A stretch of 64,000 nucleotides of DNA, from contig OW569366.1 in the NCBI GenBank assembly GCA_937625935.1, positions 1 to 64,000 of the forward strand. The letters are read 5' to 3'. The translations under genes and the position numbers were made by a program. The notes under the pieces are model-generated. The model was not told the DNA's origin, searched no databases, and worked only from the letters and a program-made list of their open reading frames with translations. Source of the stretch: Tetramitus jugosus (taxonomy: Eukaryota; Protista; Heterolobosea). This document shows positions 44,233 through 55,162 of the stretch, one piece after another. The number at the start of each line of letters is the position of its first letter. Positions within the stretch are counted from its first letter, which is position 1.

Positions 44233-45462
44233 CTAGCTCTGGTAACATGCCATCAACAGATCGGCGACTCTATCGTACTTTTTGATGACAGATTGGAGCT
44301 TTCTTCGATCGGCAGGCTTTCTTCTCTCAATGGCTTGAGAATGAGTAATGTTCAAAATCATTTGGCTGCATGCTCTCAAGTCTTGTTCGCTGTAGCCAGA
44401 GTAGTATTGCAAGTTGCTATTCCAGGCGTCAGGGAAGCCCAAGAACTTTTGAGCCAAATAAATAGAGCTGCAAGCAATCATTGATGGAGTAAACTTCAAT
44501 GCTTCAATCTCGAGCATGACAAGCTCAGAAAGCATGTAGGCCATGTAGTGAGCTCTCTGTGAGCAAGCACCGCACTTGAGGTATCTCATCAAGAATGGAT
44601 AAGCAGTAGTCACTGTTACATTAAAGTTCAAAGAGGAGAGAATGAGTCTTTCCATGCGCAATAGCTCATCCTTTGAGAATGCATTGGCAGAAATCTTGAT
44701 AAACTCGTCAACATCAGGGCATTCAATCTCTTCATACTTGGAAGCAATGAGCATGGCTGCTACACCGGCCAATTGGAGCTTGCTGCGGCTAATGACAACA
44801 GTAGACAAGAATCGATCAATAAGGTTAATGGTCAGGTAGAGAGTGTCAGGCATGAGTTCAAACGACTCATGAACCTCAATTAACCAATCAACCAAAACAG
44901 ATCTCATGTTGCTAGTCACATCAGTTTGTCTTTCCATGTAATTGTGAGGTGCCATGTACTTGGTTTCAGCAGACTTGTGATATACGAAAATATCATAGAC
45001 ATAGTCAGTAGCATGCTGTGGATCCTTAAGGTGCAATGAATCGATTCCAGGGCTTCTTGGAGGTGCAACAAATTGTTCTGGCTTGGCCAAATAGCTCCTT
45101 CCAGCTTCACTGACTGGTGACACTGCCATTGGTTGAGACATGGATGGAGCAGCATGAAGTGTTCTTTGTTGTTGCTGTGGATAGACCTGGGCAGTGCTCT
45201 GTTGTTGCTGTTGGAAAGCAACACCACCAGAGTTGGCCAATGGGACACGAGTGGCTTGTTGTTGTGGCTTCTGAGGATAACCAAGACCAGAGTTGTTGTT
45301 TGGCTTGTAAACACCGCTTGCAGATTGGTTGTACGCGTGTTGCTGGTTGGAGATGTCACCTAGGGCGCTTCTCTGTTGTGTGGCCGGTTGTTTAGCTTGG
45401 CTCAAATGAGGGTGCCCAATGGCATTCTCGTTAGCGTGGTGTGGTCTGTATGACTGGTTCAT
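44233..45462 (-). CDS. Mitotic cyclin (A/B type)
   Basis: Destruction box RSALGDISN; cyclin box MRSVLVDWLIEVH, LQLAG..IASKYEE. Confidence 0.95.
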   Translation of the reverse strand: MNQSYRPHHANENAIGHPHLSQAKQPATQQRSALGDISNQQHAYNQSASGVYKPNNNSGLGYPQKPQQQATRVPLANSGGVAFQQQQQSTAQVYPQQQQRTLHAAPSMSQPMAVSPVSEAGRSYLAKPEQFVAPPRSPGIDSLHLKDPQHATDYVYDIFVYHKSAETKYMAPHNYMERQTDVTSNMRSVLVDWLIEVHESFELMPDTLYLTINLIDRFLSTVVISRSKLQLAGVAAMLIASKYEEIECPDVDEFIKISANAFSKDELLRMERLILSSLNFNVTVTTAYPFLMRYLKCGACSQRAHYMAYMLSELVMLEIEALKFTPSMIACSSIYLAQKFLGFPDAWNSNLQYYSGYSEQDLRACSQMILNITHSQAIERRKPADRRKLQSVIKKYDRVADLLMACYQS

Positions 45463-46008
45463 GATTCAGATGAGTGGGATCACTTTAAAAAAAGGTAGGG
45501 CAGAAGTACAGGGTTGTTGTGGTTGTTGTGAATTGATCTGTGATTGCAACAAAGGGTGCTAGGTGATAGAGAGACACACAGGTACGACTTTGAATGATGG
45601 TGATGACAACACAAATGGTTCAAATTTATGTTTTGATACTTGAGAGGAGTAACAACAATACTTGAGGGCTCTTTGGGTCCTTGGTATCGATGAGGCTTGT
45701 AGGAATGATTGGTCCAACAATATGGGTTATGGATGAGTGATCTCAGAGGGAACAGGTGTCGTAATGGATGGGTTGATATTTGTTGCTGGTGTTAGTATTT
45801 CTCTTTATGCATTGCATGGTGTGCGGCGAGGTTGGAGGGTTCGGGGCTGACAATCCACATTTTCCATAACGCATAACGATCAAAAATTTCATATTTCGAC
45901 ATTACAAAAAAGATTGTAAAAGAGCACGAAAAGGCGCAGTAATTGAAAAAGCGCGGGTTCTTCTGGTTGGAGAATACAGGTGCTACCGAACCAAAAAAGT
46001 GTATTCTA

Positions 46009-46073
46009 CAGTTGTAAAAGTTCAATGCTGGTCAAACTGCGCAGTTGTAAAAGTTCAATACTGATCAAAATGC
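46009..46073. repeat. Two-copy 33-bp tandem repeat upstream of the cyclin gene
   Basis: cagttgtaaaagttcaat(g/a)ctg(g/a)tcaaa(c/a)tgc at 46009-46040 and 46042-46073. Confidence 0.7.
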
Positions 46074-46138
46074 AATAATTTATGACAGTTTTGTGAAATT
46101 ACCCCCATTTATGTTAATTAACATTGTATTCGCCACAA

Positions 46139-49100
46139 TTAGGCAGACAGCACTCGAAGGTGAGGATCTTCTGATGGCTCTTCAATCAACTTTGGTTTTC
46201 TGTAAAGTCGAAGTGCCAGAGATGAAAGGGTGACACTGATGGATGAAAGGACCATGGCCAAACCAGCAACCCATGGAGGAATCATGATTTGAACCAAAGG
46301 ATAGAACACTCCTGCAGCCAATGGAATCGCCAACACATTGTAACCAAATGCCCAAATAAAGTTCATGATAATTCTTCTGTAGATGGTTCGTGACAGGTCA
46401 ATTGCTGTAATTAATCCATCAATATTGTCTCTCATGAGAACAATGTCTGCACACTCCACGGCTACATCGGTACCAGCACCAATAGCGACTGAAGAATCAG
46501 CTTGTGCGAGTGAGGGTGAGTCATTGATGCCATCACCAACCATGAGTACAACCTCACCAGCCAATTGCAACTCCTTAACCTTCTCGCATTTCCCTCCGGG
46601 TGTCAATTGGCTGAACACATTCTGTGGTCTGATTCCCACCTGAGCAGCAATATGATTCGCGGCAAATTCGTTATCACCAGTCAGCATGTACACTTGAATA
46701 GGCTTGGAACCCTTCTTGAATGACTCAAGAGTGGCAACCACAGCCCTAGATTCATCACGCACAGTGTCGGACAATAATAGAGTAATGGCCAGTCGATCTT
46801 CGACAGCAACAAATACAATAGTGCTATGTTTGTTGTAGCTGTGGTCATTTGTCATCTGGATCTTTTCATCATTCATGAACGCTTCGTTTCCAATGAGGAC
46901 TCGAGTATTGTTAATGAGTGCAGAAACACCTCTTCCTGGAACGTTGATAAAGTCGGATGGAGCCACAGATGACTGAGAATTGTTGTCTGCCATGTGGTGT
47001 TCTGCGAATGAACTGACTGCACGAGCAATTGGGTGCTCGCTTGCTCCTTCAATGGCACGAATCCATCCACATAGCTTACCAAAGGTCTCCTTGTCATTAT
47101 ATTGCTCATCAAAAATCTTGTGCTCTGTTACCATCAGGTCGCCTTTTGTTAGAGTTCCGGTCTTGTCAAAGAGAACAGCAGTGCACTTTGCAACAGATTC
47201 AAGCGCTTTTCCTCCCTTGATCAAAATACCATTCTTTGCAGCAACGCCTGTTCCGGTCATCACAGCAGTAGGAGTCGCCAGACCAAGAGAGCAAGGACAT
47301 GCGATAATAACAGTGGCTGTTGACAAGAGAAGGGAGAATACAAAGTTGCTCATTCCTGCAGGTCTCCATTTCGCAGGATAAGCATCTAACGCTCCCAATA
47401 TCATCCATACCGCAAAAGTGATAAATGACAGACCAATAACAGCAGGTACGAAGAATCCAGAAATACGATCAGCCAACGACTGCAATTGAGGCTTTCTCAT
47501 TTGTGACTGTTCAACCAAGTTTGCGATTGTGCTCAAAGTGCTGTCTGCCCCCACTCGTGAAGCCTTGATGAGCAAAAGACCATCAGTATTGATTGTACCA
47601 CCAATGACCTTTGAGTCAATTGTCTTGTATACAGGCAATGACTCACCCGTAATCATGGCTTCATTAACTGAACTAGAACCGTGGAGAACAATACCATCAA
47701 CAGGTATTTTGCTACCTGGAGTTACCTTGAGCATATCACCTGTAGATACCAAGTCTATTTCAATTTCTCTTTCTTCGAAGCTTGATGGGTTTTGAATGTA
47801 TTCATCAACAGTTGTACTATGCAGAGGCTTGTTCACATCTTCCAACAGCACAGCAGATGAAGGCTGGAGGTCCATGAGAGCAACAAGGGCAGACGATGTT
47901 TGTCCTTTGGCTACATTCTCCATCCATCTACCCAGACTCAAGAACATGATGAGGGAGGCAGATGTTTCGAAATAGTGATGATTGGTGGTTTTGGTAACCA
48001 TGCTGTAGATGACCGCAAACACAGAATAGACATAAGCTTCAGTGGTAGCAATTGCAATCAACACATTCATGTCAGCTGATTTGTTGCGGAGAGCTTGGAA
48101 AGCCAACTTAAAGTATGGATAACCACAATAGAACTGAACAGGAGTTACCAGCAAGAATAGTAGCAAAGCCTCGACAGTCAATCCACGTACCAATTGATAA
48201 TGCATGTATGGCATTGTAGCAGGAAGCATAGACAATCCCATAGAGATAATCATGGTTGGAATAGTGAAAATCAAGCTAATAATGAATAGCTGCTTCCATT
48301 TTTTGATCTCGGCGGTTCTCAAAATGGAGGCCTTGGCATCATAACTGTCCTCCTTAAAAATGGAGCATTCAATATCATTGTCTTGCAAATAATCAATAAT
48401 TCGTCTGTTGCATGTCATTCGTTCATCAAATGATACGTCCACAACACTTTCAGGCAAGTCAAACTGTTGTTTGTCAACACCTGTAAAGGTGCTCAACAAA
48501 TGATCCACCTGATCAGACACAGCACTCAAATTACGAACAAATATTTTGATCTGACCGCCACTGGAGGACAGACTCTGTTTGGTTAGACTAGAAGACTCAT
48601 ATCCGAGGCGAATGATTTGGTCGATAATCGCTTTTTCGGACACTCTGGACTCATCATACTTAATCTGCCCTTTTTGAGTGATCAAGTTGACCTCGCAAGT
48701 CTTCACTCCCGGAATAGACAAAATCTTGTTCTCAATCTTCGATACGCAGGATCCACAAGTCATTCCCTCGATCGAAACGAGAGCAGTCCTGGGAATTTCA
48801 ACCGCATCGTCCAACAAGATTTCTTGAAGGGCATTTGGCTCAATAATGGTCTCACTGAACATCGGCTCATTCTTCTCCATAACTTCGCAAATGTATCCGA
48901 GTCCAGAAAGAACTTCCATGAGAGCATGGGCATCAACAGTGGAGTGCAGAACAGTGACTCTATTTTCACTCAATTCGACTTCTACTTGACCAATTTCGTT
49001 TGGATATCTCGCTTTCAGAGTCTGTTTTACCTTGTTGACACAGGAGCCACACTTCATTCCCAAAACTCTCAAATCAATTGTTTCTCCACCAGACATTCTG

Positions 49101-50188
49101 GTGCATGATTGATCGACAGACAACATTTCGCAGTTAAAGTTCAATCTTCTAATGGTGGAGAGCAATAGTTCACTCACAGCCTCCATATCATTCGGTTCAT
49201 GCTCACACAGAGTGTTACAAACCTTTTCAATTAGATCAACATCGACATACTTGACAACAGGGATCTGAGTCACTGCATTGGTAATCTTTCCAACGCAACC
49301 ATTGCACTTCATACTGCTGACAGAAATGTGATAGGCATGAGTAGAGCAACGAGGAGAACTAGAGAGTCCTCTCTGATCCAAGTACTTTTTCCAATCATCA
49401 ATGAGAACTTGACTCTGTTTTCCGAGTTCTTGAATCGCACTTTGACAAATGGTAGCAGATAATTTTCGGTTCAATACATTACTAAACAAGAACACACGCT
49501 TATTTTCCAAATCACAATGGACATGGTAGGAGCTCTTGGCGACATCATTATCACCGTTCAATGCATTCAATTTTCCAGTAATTGATCTCACACAATTCAT
49601 GCATCTCATTGGCATCACTTGGTTCACAGCAGAAACAAATTGTTCTCTTGCTTGATTAATGACAAACGAGGGATGATCAGCCAACTTGATCAAAATGTTT
49701 TTCATTGAGAATTTGATGCCTGTTCCCTGAGTTAAGATATCACCCACAAAGAACAAGTCAAACACATGAAAATCTTGATCATTTTCACTTGCTTTCACTG
49801 GCTTCACACCAATCAAAGAGCTGCTACTGGCTCCCAAAAATTGTTTTACGCTGTCCATGACGGAATTCACATCACTTGTCAACAATTCAGTCTCAACTCT
49901 AATCACATAATGAAAAATGTGATTAATCTTGGTTGAGAAACAGTCTGGAGAGTGAGCAGTAGAAGGGTCTTCTTTCCATTGATCTTCCTTTGTGATACCA
50001 CAGCTACAACAAGAAGGTGACTTGTTGTGAACGGGATAGAGACTTGATTTCTTGTCTTCCCATGAACGAAACACGTACTTGATAAGATCATCACAGCGAC
50101 ATTCTTGGCATGAGCAAGGGCAGGACAAGTTCTTGTCGAACAATGTTCCTCCCAGAGTAGTTGAAAGCTTGTTCAACAGAGTAGACAT
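46139..50188 (-). CDS. Copper-transporting P1B-type ATPase (ATP7/Ccc2-like)
   Basis: Four MxCxxC HMA motifs, TGES, CPC, DKTGT, SEHP, GDGINDSP, YN..AIP. Start taken at MSTLLNKL (50188). Confidence 0.96.
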   Translation of the reverse strand: MSTLLNKLSTTLGGTLFDKNLSCPCSCQECRCDDLIKYVFRSWEDKKSSLYPVHNKSPSCCSCGITKEDQWKEDPSTAHSPDCFSTKINHIFHYVIRVETELLTSDVNSVMDSVKQFLGASSSSLIGVKPVKASENDQDFHVFDLFFVGDILTQGTGIKFSMKNILIKLADHPSFVINQAREQFVSAVNQVMPMRCMNCVRSITGKLNALNGDNDVAKSSYHVHCDLENKRVFLFSNVLNRKLSATICQSAIQELGKQSQVLIDDWKKYLDQRGLSSSPRCSTHAYHISVSSMKCNGCVGKITNAVTQIPVVKYVDVDLIEKVCNTLCEHEPNDMEAVSELLLSTIRRLNFNCEMLSVDQSCTRMSGGETIDLRVLGMKCGSCVNKVKQTLKARYPNEIGQVEVELSENRVTVLHSTVDAHALMEVLSGLGYICEVMEKNEPMFSETIIEPNALQEILLDDAVEIPRTALVSIEGMTCGSCVSKIENKILSIPGVKTCEVNLITQKGQIKYDESRVSEKAIIDQIIRLGYESSSLTKQSLSSSGGQIKIFVRNLSAVSDQVDHLLSTFTGVDKQQFDLPESVVDVSFDERMTCNRRIIDYLQDNDIECSIFKEDSYDAKASILRTAEIKKWKQLFIISLIFTIPTMIISMGLSMLPATMPYMHYQLVRGLTVEALLLFLLVTPVQFYCGYPYFKLAFQALRNKSADMNVLIAIATTEAYVYSVFAVIYSMVTKTTNHHYFETSASLIMFLSLGRWMENVAKGQTSSALVALMDLQPSSAVLLEDVNKPLHSTTVDEYIQNPSSFEEREIEIDLVSTGDMLKVTPGSKIPVDGIVLHGSSSVNEAMITGESLPVYKTIDSKVIGGTINTDGLLLIKASRVGADSTLSTIANLVEQSQMRKPQLQSLADRISGFFVPAVIGLSFITFAVWMILGALDAYPAKWRPAGMSNFVFSLLLSTATVIIACPCSLGLATPTAVMTGTGVAAKNGILIKGGKALESVAKCTAVLFDKTGTLTKGDLMVTEHKIFDEQYNDKETFGKLCGWIRAIEGASEHPIARAVSSFAEHHMADNNSQSSVAPSDFINVPGRGVSALINNTRVLIGNEAFMNDEKIQMTNDHSYNKHSTIVFVAVEDRLAITLLLSDTVRDESRAVVATLESFKKGSKPIQVYMLTGDNEFAANHIAAQVGIRPQNVFSQLTPGGKCEKVKELQLAGEVVLMVGDGINDSPSLAQADSSVAIGAGTDVAVECADIVLMRDNIDGLITAIDLSRTIYRRIIMNFIWAFGYNVLAIPLAAGVFYPLVQIMIPPWVAGLAMVLSSISVTLSSLALRLYRKPKLIEEPSEDPHLRVLSA

Positions 50189-50532
50189 TTGGGCAACTGT
50201 TTTTTGCAATAAATGATATTTACACACACGCAATTGGGTAGTTGTTCTTGTCTTTTTTGTGGATCGTAAAAAAAAGGCGGCATTTACAGAAAAACATGTT
50301 TTTGAGCATGTGCGCAACGCAAGTCCGCAATTCAATCACCACAGTGAAGAGCGTTATTCCGTCGACAAAAAACTCAAAATAGCTCTCTTCAAGTTATTCG
50401 CTGAAGATTTGCATCCATCTCCGATTGCGACCACTGAGATTTGATCACACACAAAAAAGTCGCCGACTTGTCAAACAAAAACCAACTCAACAACAACAAC
50501 AAGAACAATCAATTCATTCAACCAACACACAC

Positions 50533-52548
50533 ATGAGTAGTAGCAGCAGCAGTAGTAACAACAGTGCTCCTCTCACTCTCTTCTTCAACACCAAGAGAGG
50601 CATAAGCTCATGTGACATTACTCACAATGACTCTGATGCCACCGCTACCAAAGAACAACAATTATGTATTCGTGAGTATGAGAGTGTAGACACTGAGACT
50701 TGTGGTGTTGCCAATGAAGGTGTCATTTATTCACCCAATGGTCAATACATGGCCATCATTTATCGTGAAAAATTGTGTGTGTATGACATTAGTCGTCAGA
50801 GCCATGATCAACAAGGTTTTCGCATGATCAAGTGCATTACTGGTGAACTCGGTTCTTCCATTTCTGAGGCTCAATTCTCTCCATTGAACACTTTTTTGGT
50901 CACTCTTGGAAAGTATTCACCTCATAAGAGTACACTTGGTAATTTGATTGTTTGGAAATTGTTTCCTGAAGAAGAAGAATCAGCAGAAGAATCAGAGAAC
51001 ACTCAATCTCTTTCATGCAAAGTACTATTGAGAACAAAGTACAACAAGGCCAGTGGAAGTGACATTTGGCCCATTGTTCAATGGAATGACAATGAGAGCA
51101 TTTGTGCCATATGGCAACAGAATCAGCAATCGTTGAACTTTTACAAGTATGCTGTTCCCAAAGTACCTACCACTACAGCAGCAACAGCAGCAACAGGAAC
51201 AACAGGAACAACAACATCTTCATCTGCTGCGTCAGAAGAAGAGGAAGAAGAGCACATTCCACAAGCGACACATGCCAATGAAAAACAGTTTGAACTCGTG
51301 TCACGATTCAAGAAACCCAAAGTTCTCAAGTACAGCATGTCATCCAAGACGACATTCTCAATTCACACGTTTAATGCTCAAACGCAGCAACACTTGGTTC
51401 AAATCTATCGATATCCAAACTTTAAGAAACCAACGTGTTTCATATCGTTTGCATCCGAGAGAAGAGGCGTCGAAGTCGATGTGGACATGAAGTGGAATCG
51501 TATTGGTAGTGCTCTGTTGGTTCACGCTCATTCCTCCACAGACACGGACAATCAGAATTATTATGGAAAGTCTCAAGTGTACTTTTTGAGATCCAATGGT
51601 CACTTTACGTGTCAAGTCACACTGTCTCAGACTGGACCAGTGCACGATGTGGCATGGTCTCCCAAGGGCAACGAATTCTGTTTGGTGTACGGCTACACCC
51701 CTGCAAAGGCCACTCTCTACAATGAGTCCACTCAAGTCATTTATGAGTTTGGTACGGGCACGAGAAACAAGTGTTCTTGGTCACCGAATGGCAAGATGCT
51801 CGTATTGGCTGGATTCGGTAGTTTGACTGGTCGAATGGAGTTTTGGGATCGTGACAAGAAGCGAATGATTGGTCAGGCTGAGGCCAAAGAAGCCAGTGTG
51901 TATGCATGGTCCAGAGACAGTCGATTGTTCTTGACTGCTACTGTGACTCCGACTCTCAGAGTCAGCAACAAGATTCAACTGTGGAAGTACAATGGTGTGT
52001 TGCTCAATGAGAAGCATTTTGACACATTGTACGGTGCTCATTGGAATCACTTTGTGCCTGCTTTGGCCATTTCCACTGCTGGAGAAGAGGAATCAGAAGA
52101 GTCCAATAACAAGCAGTCAAAGGAGCAAGACAAGGACTATAGACCAATTAGTCCTCGTGCTCTGAATGAAGGAAAGCTCTTGATGCAGACTCAAGTGTCC
52201 ACTGTCAAGAAGGCTTACGTTCCACCTTCATTGAGAGGTTTGGGACCAGTCGACGATGACATTTTCAAGAGATCGGGTGTTGAGGCACCAAGCAGACCAG
52301 TGAATGTCAACAAGAAGGCTCAACCAACTGTTCAACAACAGCAGGCAAAGGTTGCACAACTTCAGCGCATGATTCCTGGATTGCCAACGTCTGCTGCCAT
52401 TCAACAAATCAATGTTACATCAGGCGGTGCTAATGCAATGAACACTGAAGCAGCCAAGAAGAAGCGCAAGAGAAAAAAGAAGAAAAAGGCTGATGGTTCC
52501 TCGACAGGTGCCGATGAGGATGGCGATGATGATCAGAGCGCTCCATAA
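50533..52548 (+). CDS. EIF2A: Eukaryotic translation initiation factor 2A
   Basis: YYG, GPVHDVAWSP, VYGYTPAKAT, FGTGTRN, LAGFGSLTG, P.LRVSN, AYVPPSLRG. Confidence 0.88.
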   Translation: MSSSSSSSNNSAPLTLFFNTKRGISSCDITHNDSDATATKEQQLCIREYESVDTETCGVANEGVIYSPNGQYMAIIYREKLCVYDISRQSHDQQGFRMIKCITGELGSSISEAQFSPLNTFLVTLGKYSPHKSTLGNLIVWKLFPEEEESAEESENTQSLSCKVLLRTKYNKASGSDIWPIVQWNDNESICAIWQQNQQSLNFYKYAVPKVPTTTAATAATGTTGTTTSSSAASEEEEEEHIPQATHANEKQFELVSRFKKPKVLKYSMSSKTTFSIHTFNAQTQQHLVQIYRYPNFKKPTCFISFASERRGVEVDVDMKWNRIGSALLVHAHSSTDTDNQNYYGKSQVYFLRSNGHFTCQVTLSQTGPVHDVAWSPKGNEFCLVYGYTPAKATLYNESTQVIYEFGTGTRNKCSWSPNGKMLVLAGFGSLTGRMEFWDRDKKRMIGQAEAKEASVYAWSRDSRLFLTATVTPTLRVSNKIQLWKYNGVLLNEKHFDTLYGAHWNHFVPALAISTAGEEESEESNNKQSKEQDKDYRPISPRALNEGKLLMQTQVSTVKKAYVPPSLRGLGPVDDDIFKRSGVEAPSRPVNVNKKAQPTVQQQQAKVAQLQRMIPGLPTSAAIQQINVTSGGANAMNTEAAKKKRKRKKKKKADGSSTGADEDGDDDQSAP

Positions 52549-52756
52549 GGTGACCAGGTTTTCAATTTTCTGAGCTAGCGGCTTTGCATCAAGAAAATTC
52601 TGGTTGTGAAAACGTGTCACACATGTGATCAGACTACTATCCCCTGTGAAATCAAGCAGAAGAACATTGTCGGTCACTGCACTTGGTCTTTCTCAAACGA
52701 CTCATGTGATAAAATGAATTATTGTTCACAAGCGATATAGATGTACTGAATGCTAT

Positions 52757-54937
52757 TTACTCTTGTTTGTTACGGAATACTTGTCGAATCTCTAAAACGA
52801 GCGACGATACAATGAACATGTGGAGCCAGAGCCCACAGGGAGAAAGCAGAGCCGAGTATTGACCATATCTTCTGACATACAAATCCCAGAACACTCTCAT
52901 CCTCTTTATCGCCAGAATAAACGACAGGAGAAGGATGAAGAGCTTGGTGTACTTGTGTTTCGTTCTGGTGCTTTTTGGAAATGAGTAAATGACACCAAGA
53001 GTGACATAAAATGGGAGAATGGTGAGTCCAAGGAGTGGTAGCAGTAGCCCAAAATATAGATCAGGAGTTAGTACAATAGTTTCCGTTACACTTTCACTCT
53101 GTAAGTACTGAAGTCCCCAGTGATAAAACAGGGCATATCTGTTCGTGGCGGCTTCACCAACAAATAGAGGCAAAACAGGCATCCACAACAAGACACTTAT
53201 CAGCACATAAAAGTAACAACTATTGGATACGCGAGCAAATCCGTGAAGCAAAGAGAACCGTTTGTGAGCTACAGTCGTGTGTTGTCGCATGACAACGAGA
53301 GTTATGATGCCCAGAGCGATACCAACATGGAAAAGGAAGGGCAACAAGCGATCAAATCGAGTGAACAAAATGATCTTTGTGACAATAATCTTGAACATGC
53401 CAATGATTGACTTTCCGCAGTTTGAATCGTCCAATGAGAAGGTGTGTTGAATCGTTTGTCGATTATGCAAAGTATCTTCGACAATAATATTGAGTTGATG
53501 AACTCCTGTTTGATACTTTAGCGGATCGAACCGAAGTCGAATCATATTTGATTTTTGATTGTTGAATTGTTGTATCTGAGACCTGAGCTCATCCTCATCG
53601 TTGAAACCAATATTATCGATTGTGATGTTGATCGATACTAACTTTCCAGGAGAGAATATCAATAGTCTGATTTCATCGAGTACTGGATCACAATGACAGT
53701 TGGCTTCCATTGGATGAGTCACTACGACTTTTGGCCATACATCCAAGGCAGTGTCCAGGTGAGATACTTTGTCATGGTCGATCGACACAATACGAAGTAT
53801 ACGGTTTTCCTTGAAATCGGCCATTTCCCATTCGTCATGACCAATCGGAGACCTATGTTTCATAGTTCGCAGCAGATTGTATAGCGTGTGCAAATGCCCA
53901 CTCAGATAAACATCATACGGATATTGCTCTTCCAAATCTTGTAGACTCTTACCGGATGACGTCTTTGCATAGGATATCACTGATTGAGGATAGTGTCCGT
54001 ACATGACAATTGAATTTCTATTGTTCCTGTGAGCTCTTGAGAGAGCTTCTTCCAATTGATCCATCATGCTAGTGCTCATCTGACCAAAGAAATTAATGGG
54101 ACTGAAGGATCCGACTCTTGGCGTGGCATCGATTTGGATGAATTCATGTGTTGAGCCTGACTCAGTTTCCAATGTGAAAGAAATGACACGATCACCGGCT
54201 TCTTCTCTCAATTCTTGACCTAGGCAGCATTGGTACTGTGTAAACATGTTTGAGGACTGATCAGACATTAAGGGTGTATCGAAACGATCATGGTTCCCTG
54301 GGCAATCGATCCACACAACAGAATCTAACTCTTTCCTACTGCTATTGTTCAACAAGTTAATATACAATTTGCTATTATCATGATTCAATTGATGAGAGGT
54401 TTCATTTGAATCTGATAGAGCTTTCAATAACTTCTCATTCGCCGTTTTAGCAATCTTGTGATAGGCTGTCCATTCACTCTTGCTCTGTCGACCTCGATAG
54501 AAATTTAATATTCTTTCGAACCAGTTCCGACCTTGATGCTCTGGCTCTAATGGTGGTGATCCATGTGTCAAATCCCCTGTTACAAGCACAAATCTAGGCT
54601 TGATAATGTTGGGAATGATATCCCAGGCTGTTCGTTCCAAGTCCGTAGTGATGCTCTCCATCTTCTTCAAGTGAGACACATGGAGATCACTCAACTGTAC
54701 AAAATGAAACCTATTTTGATCGGATTTGTTGTCCGAAACAGAATGGACCCTGAATTGGTTGGTATTGGCACCACATTTGTTTCTCCTTGACAAATGTTCC
54801 TTGAAATGATTTTCTTCACACGTCCGATTTCTTTGAACAAAAAAGGAAAGAAATGACGGATTGAAAAAGGTCAACAACTCGTATCCGATCAAACAAAACA
54901 ATGGAAGTGATATCGCTATCAACAGTAGAGATTTCAT
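52757..54937 (-). CDS. TMEM62-like metallophosphoesterase membrane protein
   Basis: SDLH, TGDL, PGNHD, GHYP, SGHLH motifs; NFFG; C-terminal TM helices. Confidence 0.88.
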   Translation of the reverse strand: MKSLLLIAISLPLFCLIGYELLTFFNPSFLSFFVQRNRTCEENHFKEHLSRRNKCGANTNQFRVHSVSDNKSDQNRFHFVQLSDLHVSHLKKMESITTDLERTAWDIIPNIIKPRFVLVTGDLTHGSPPLEPEHQGRNWFERILNFYRGRQSKSEWTAYHKIAKTANEKLLKALSDSNETSHQLNHDNSKLYINLLNNSSRKELDSVVWIDCPGNHDRFDTPLMSDQSSNMFTQYQCCLGQELREEAGDRVISFTLETESGSTHEFIQIDATPRVGSFSPINFFGQMSTSMMDQLEEALSRAHRNNRNSIVMYGHYPQSVISYAKTSSGKSLQDLEEQYPYDVYLSGHLHTLYNLLRTMKHRSPIGHDEWEMADFKENRILRIVSIDHDKVSHLDTALDVWPKVVVTHPMEANCHCDPVLDEIRLLIFSPGKLVSINITIDNIGFNDEDELRSQIQQFNNQKSNMIRLRFDPLKYQTGVHQLNIIVEDTLHNRQTIQHTFSLDDSNCGKSIIGMFKIIVTKIILFTRFDRLLPFLFHVGIALGIITLVVMRQHTTVAHKRFSLLHGFARVSNSCYFYVLISVLLWMPVLPLFVGEAATNRYALFYHWGLQYLQSESVTETIVLTPDLYFGLLLPLLGLTILPFYVTLGVIYSFPKSTRTKHKYTKLFILLLSFILAIKRMRVFWDLYVRRYGQYSALLSPCGLWLHMFIVSSLVLEIRQVFRNKQE

Positions 54938-55162
54938 TCTTTAGTTTGACTCGCGTTTTACTTGTTTTGTTTTTTGATCAAAACTGCTCGAGTTCAGCTT
55001 TTTTGGGAGAGATAAAAGGACAAGTGGCCAAAAATCAGGCATAATGGGACTTAGTACAAGAGAAGAGTAAATTGTACAAAATGAAGGTGATTATTATGCC
55101 GTTCCTTCCATTTAAGCAAAAGTTTGTTTCTCGGGTGAATGTCACCTCTTCTCCGGTTGATG

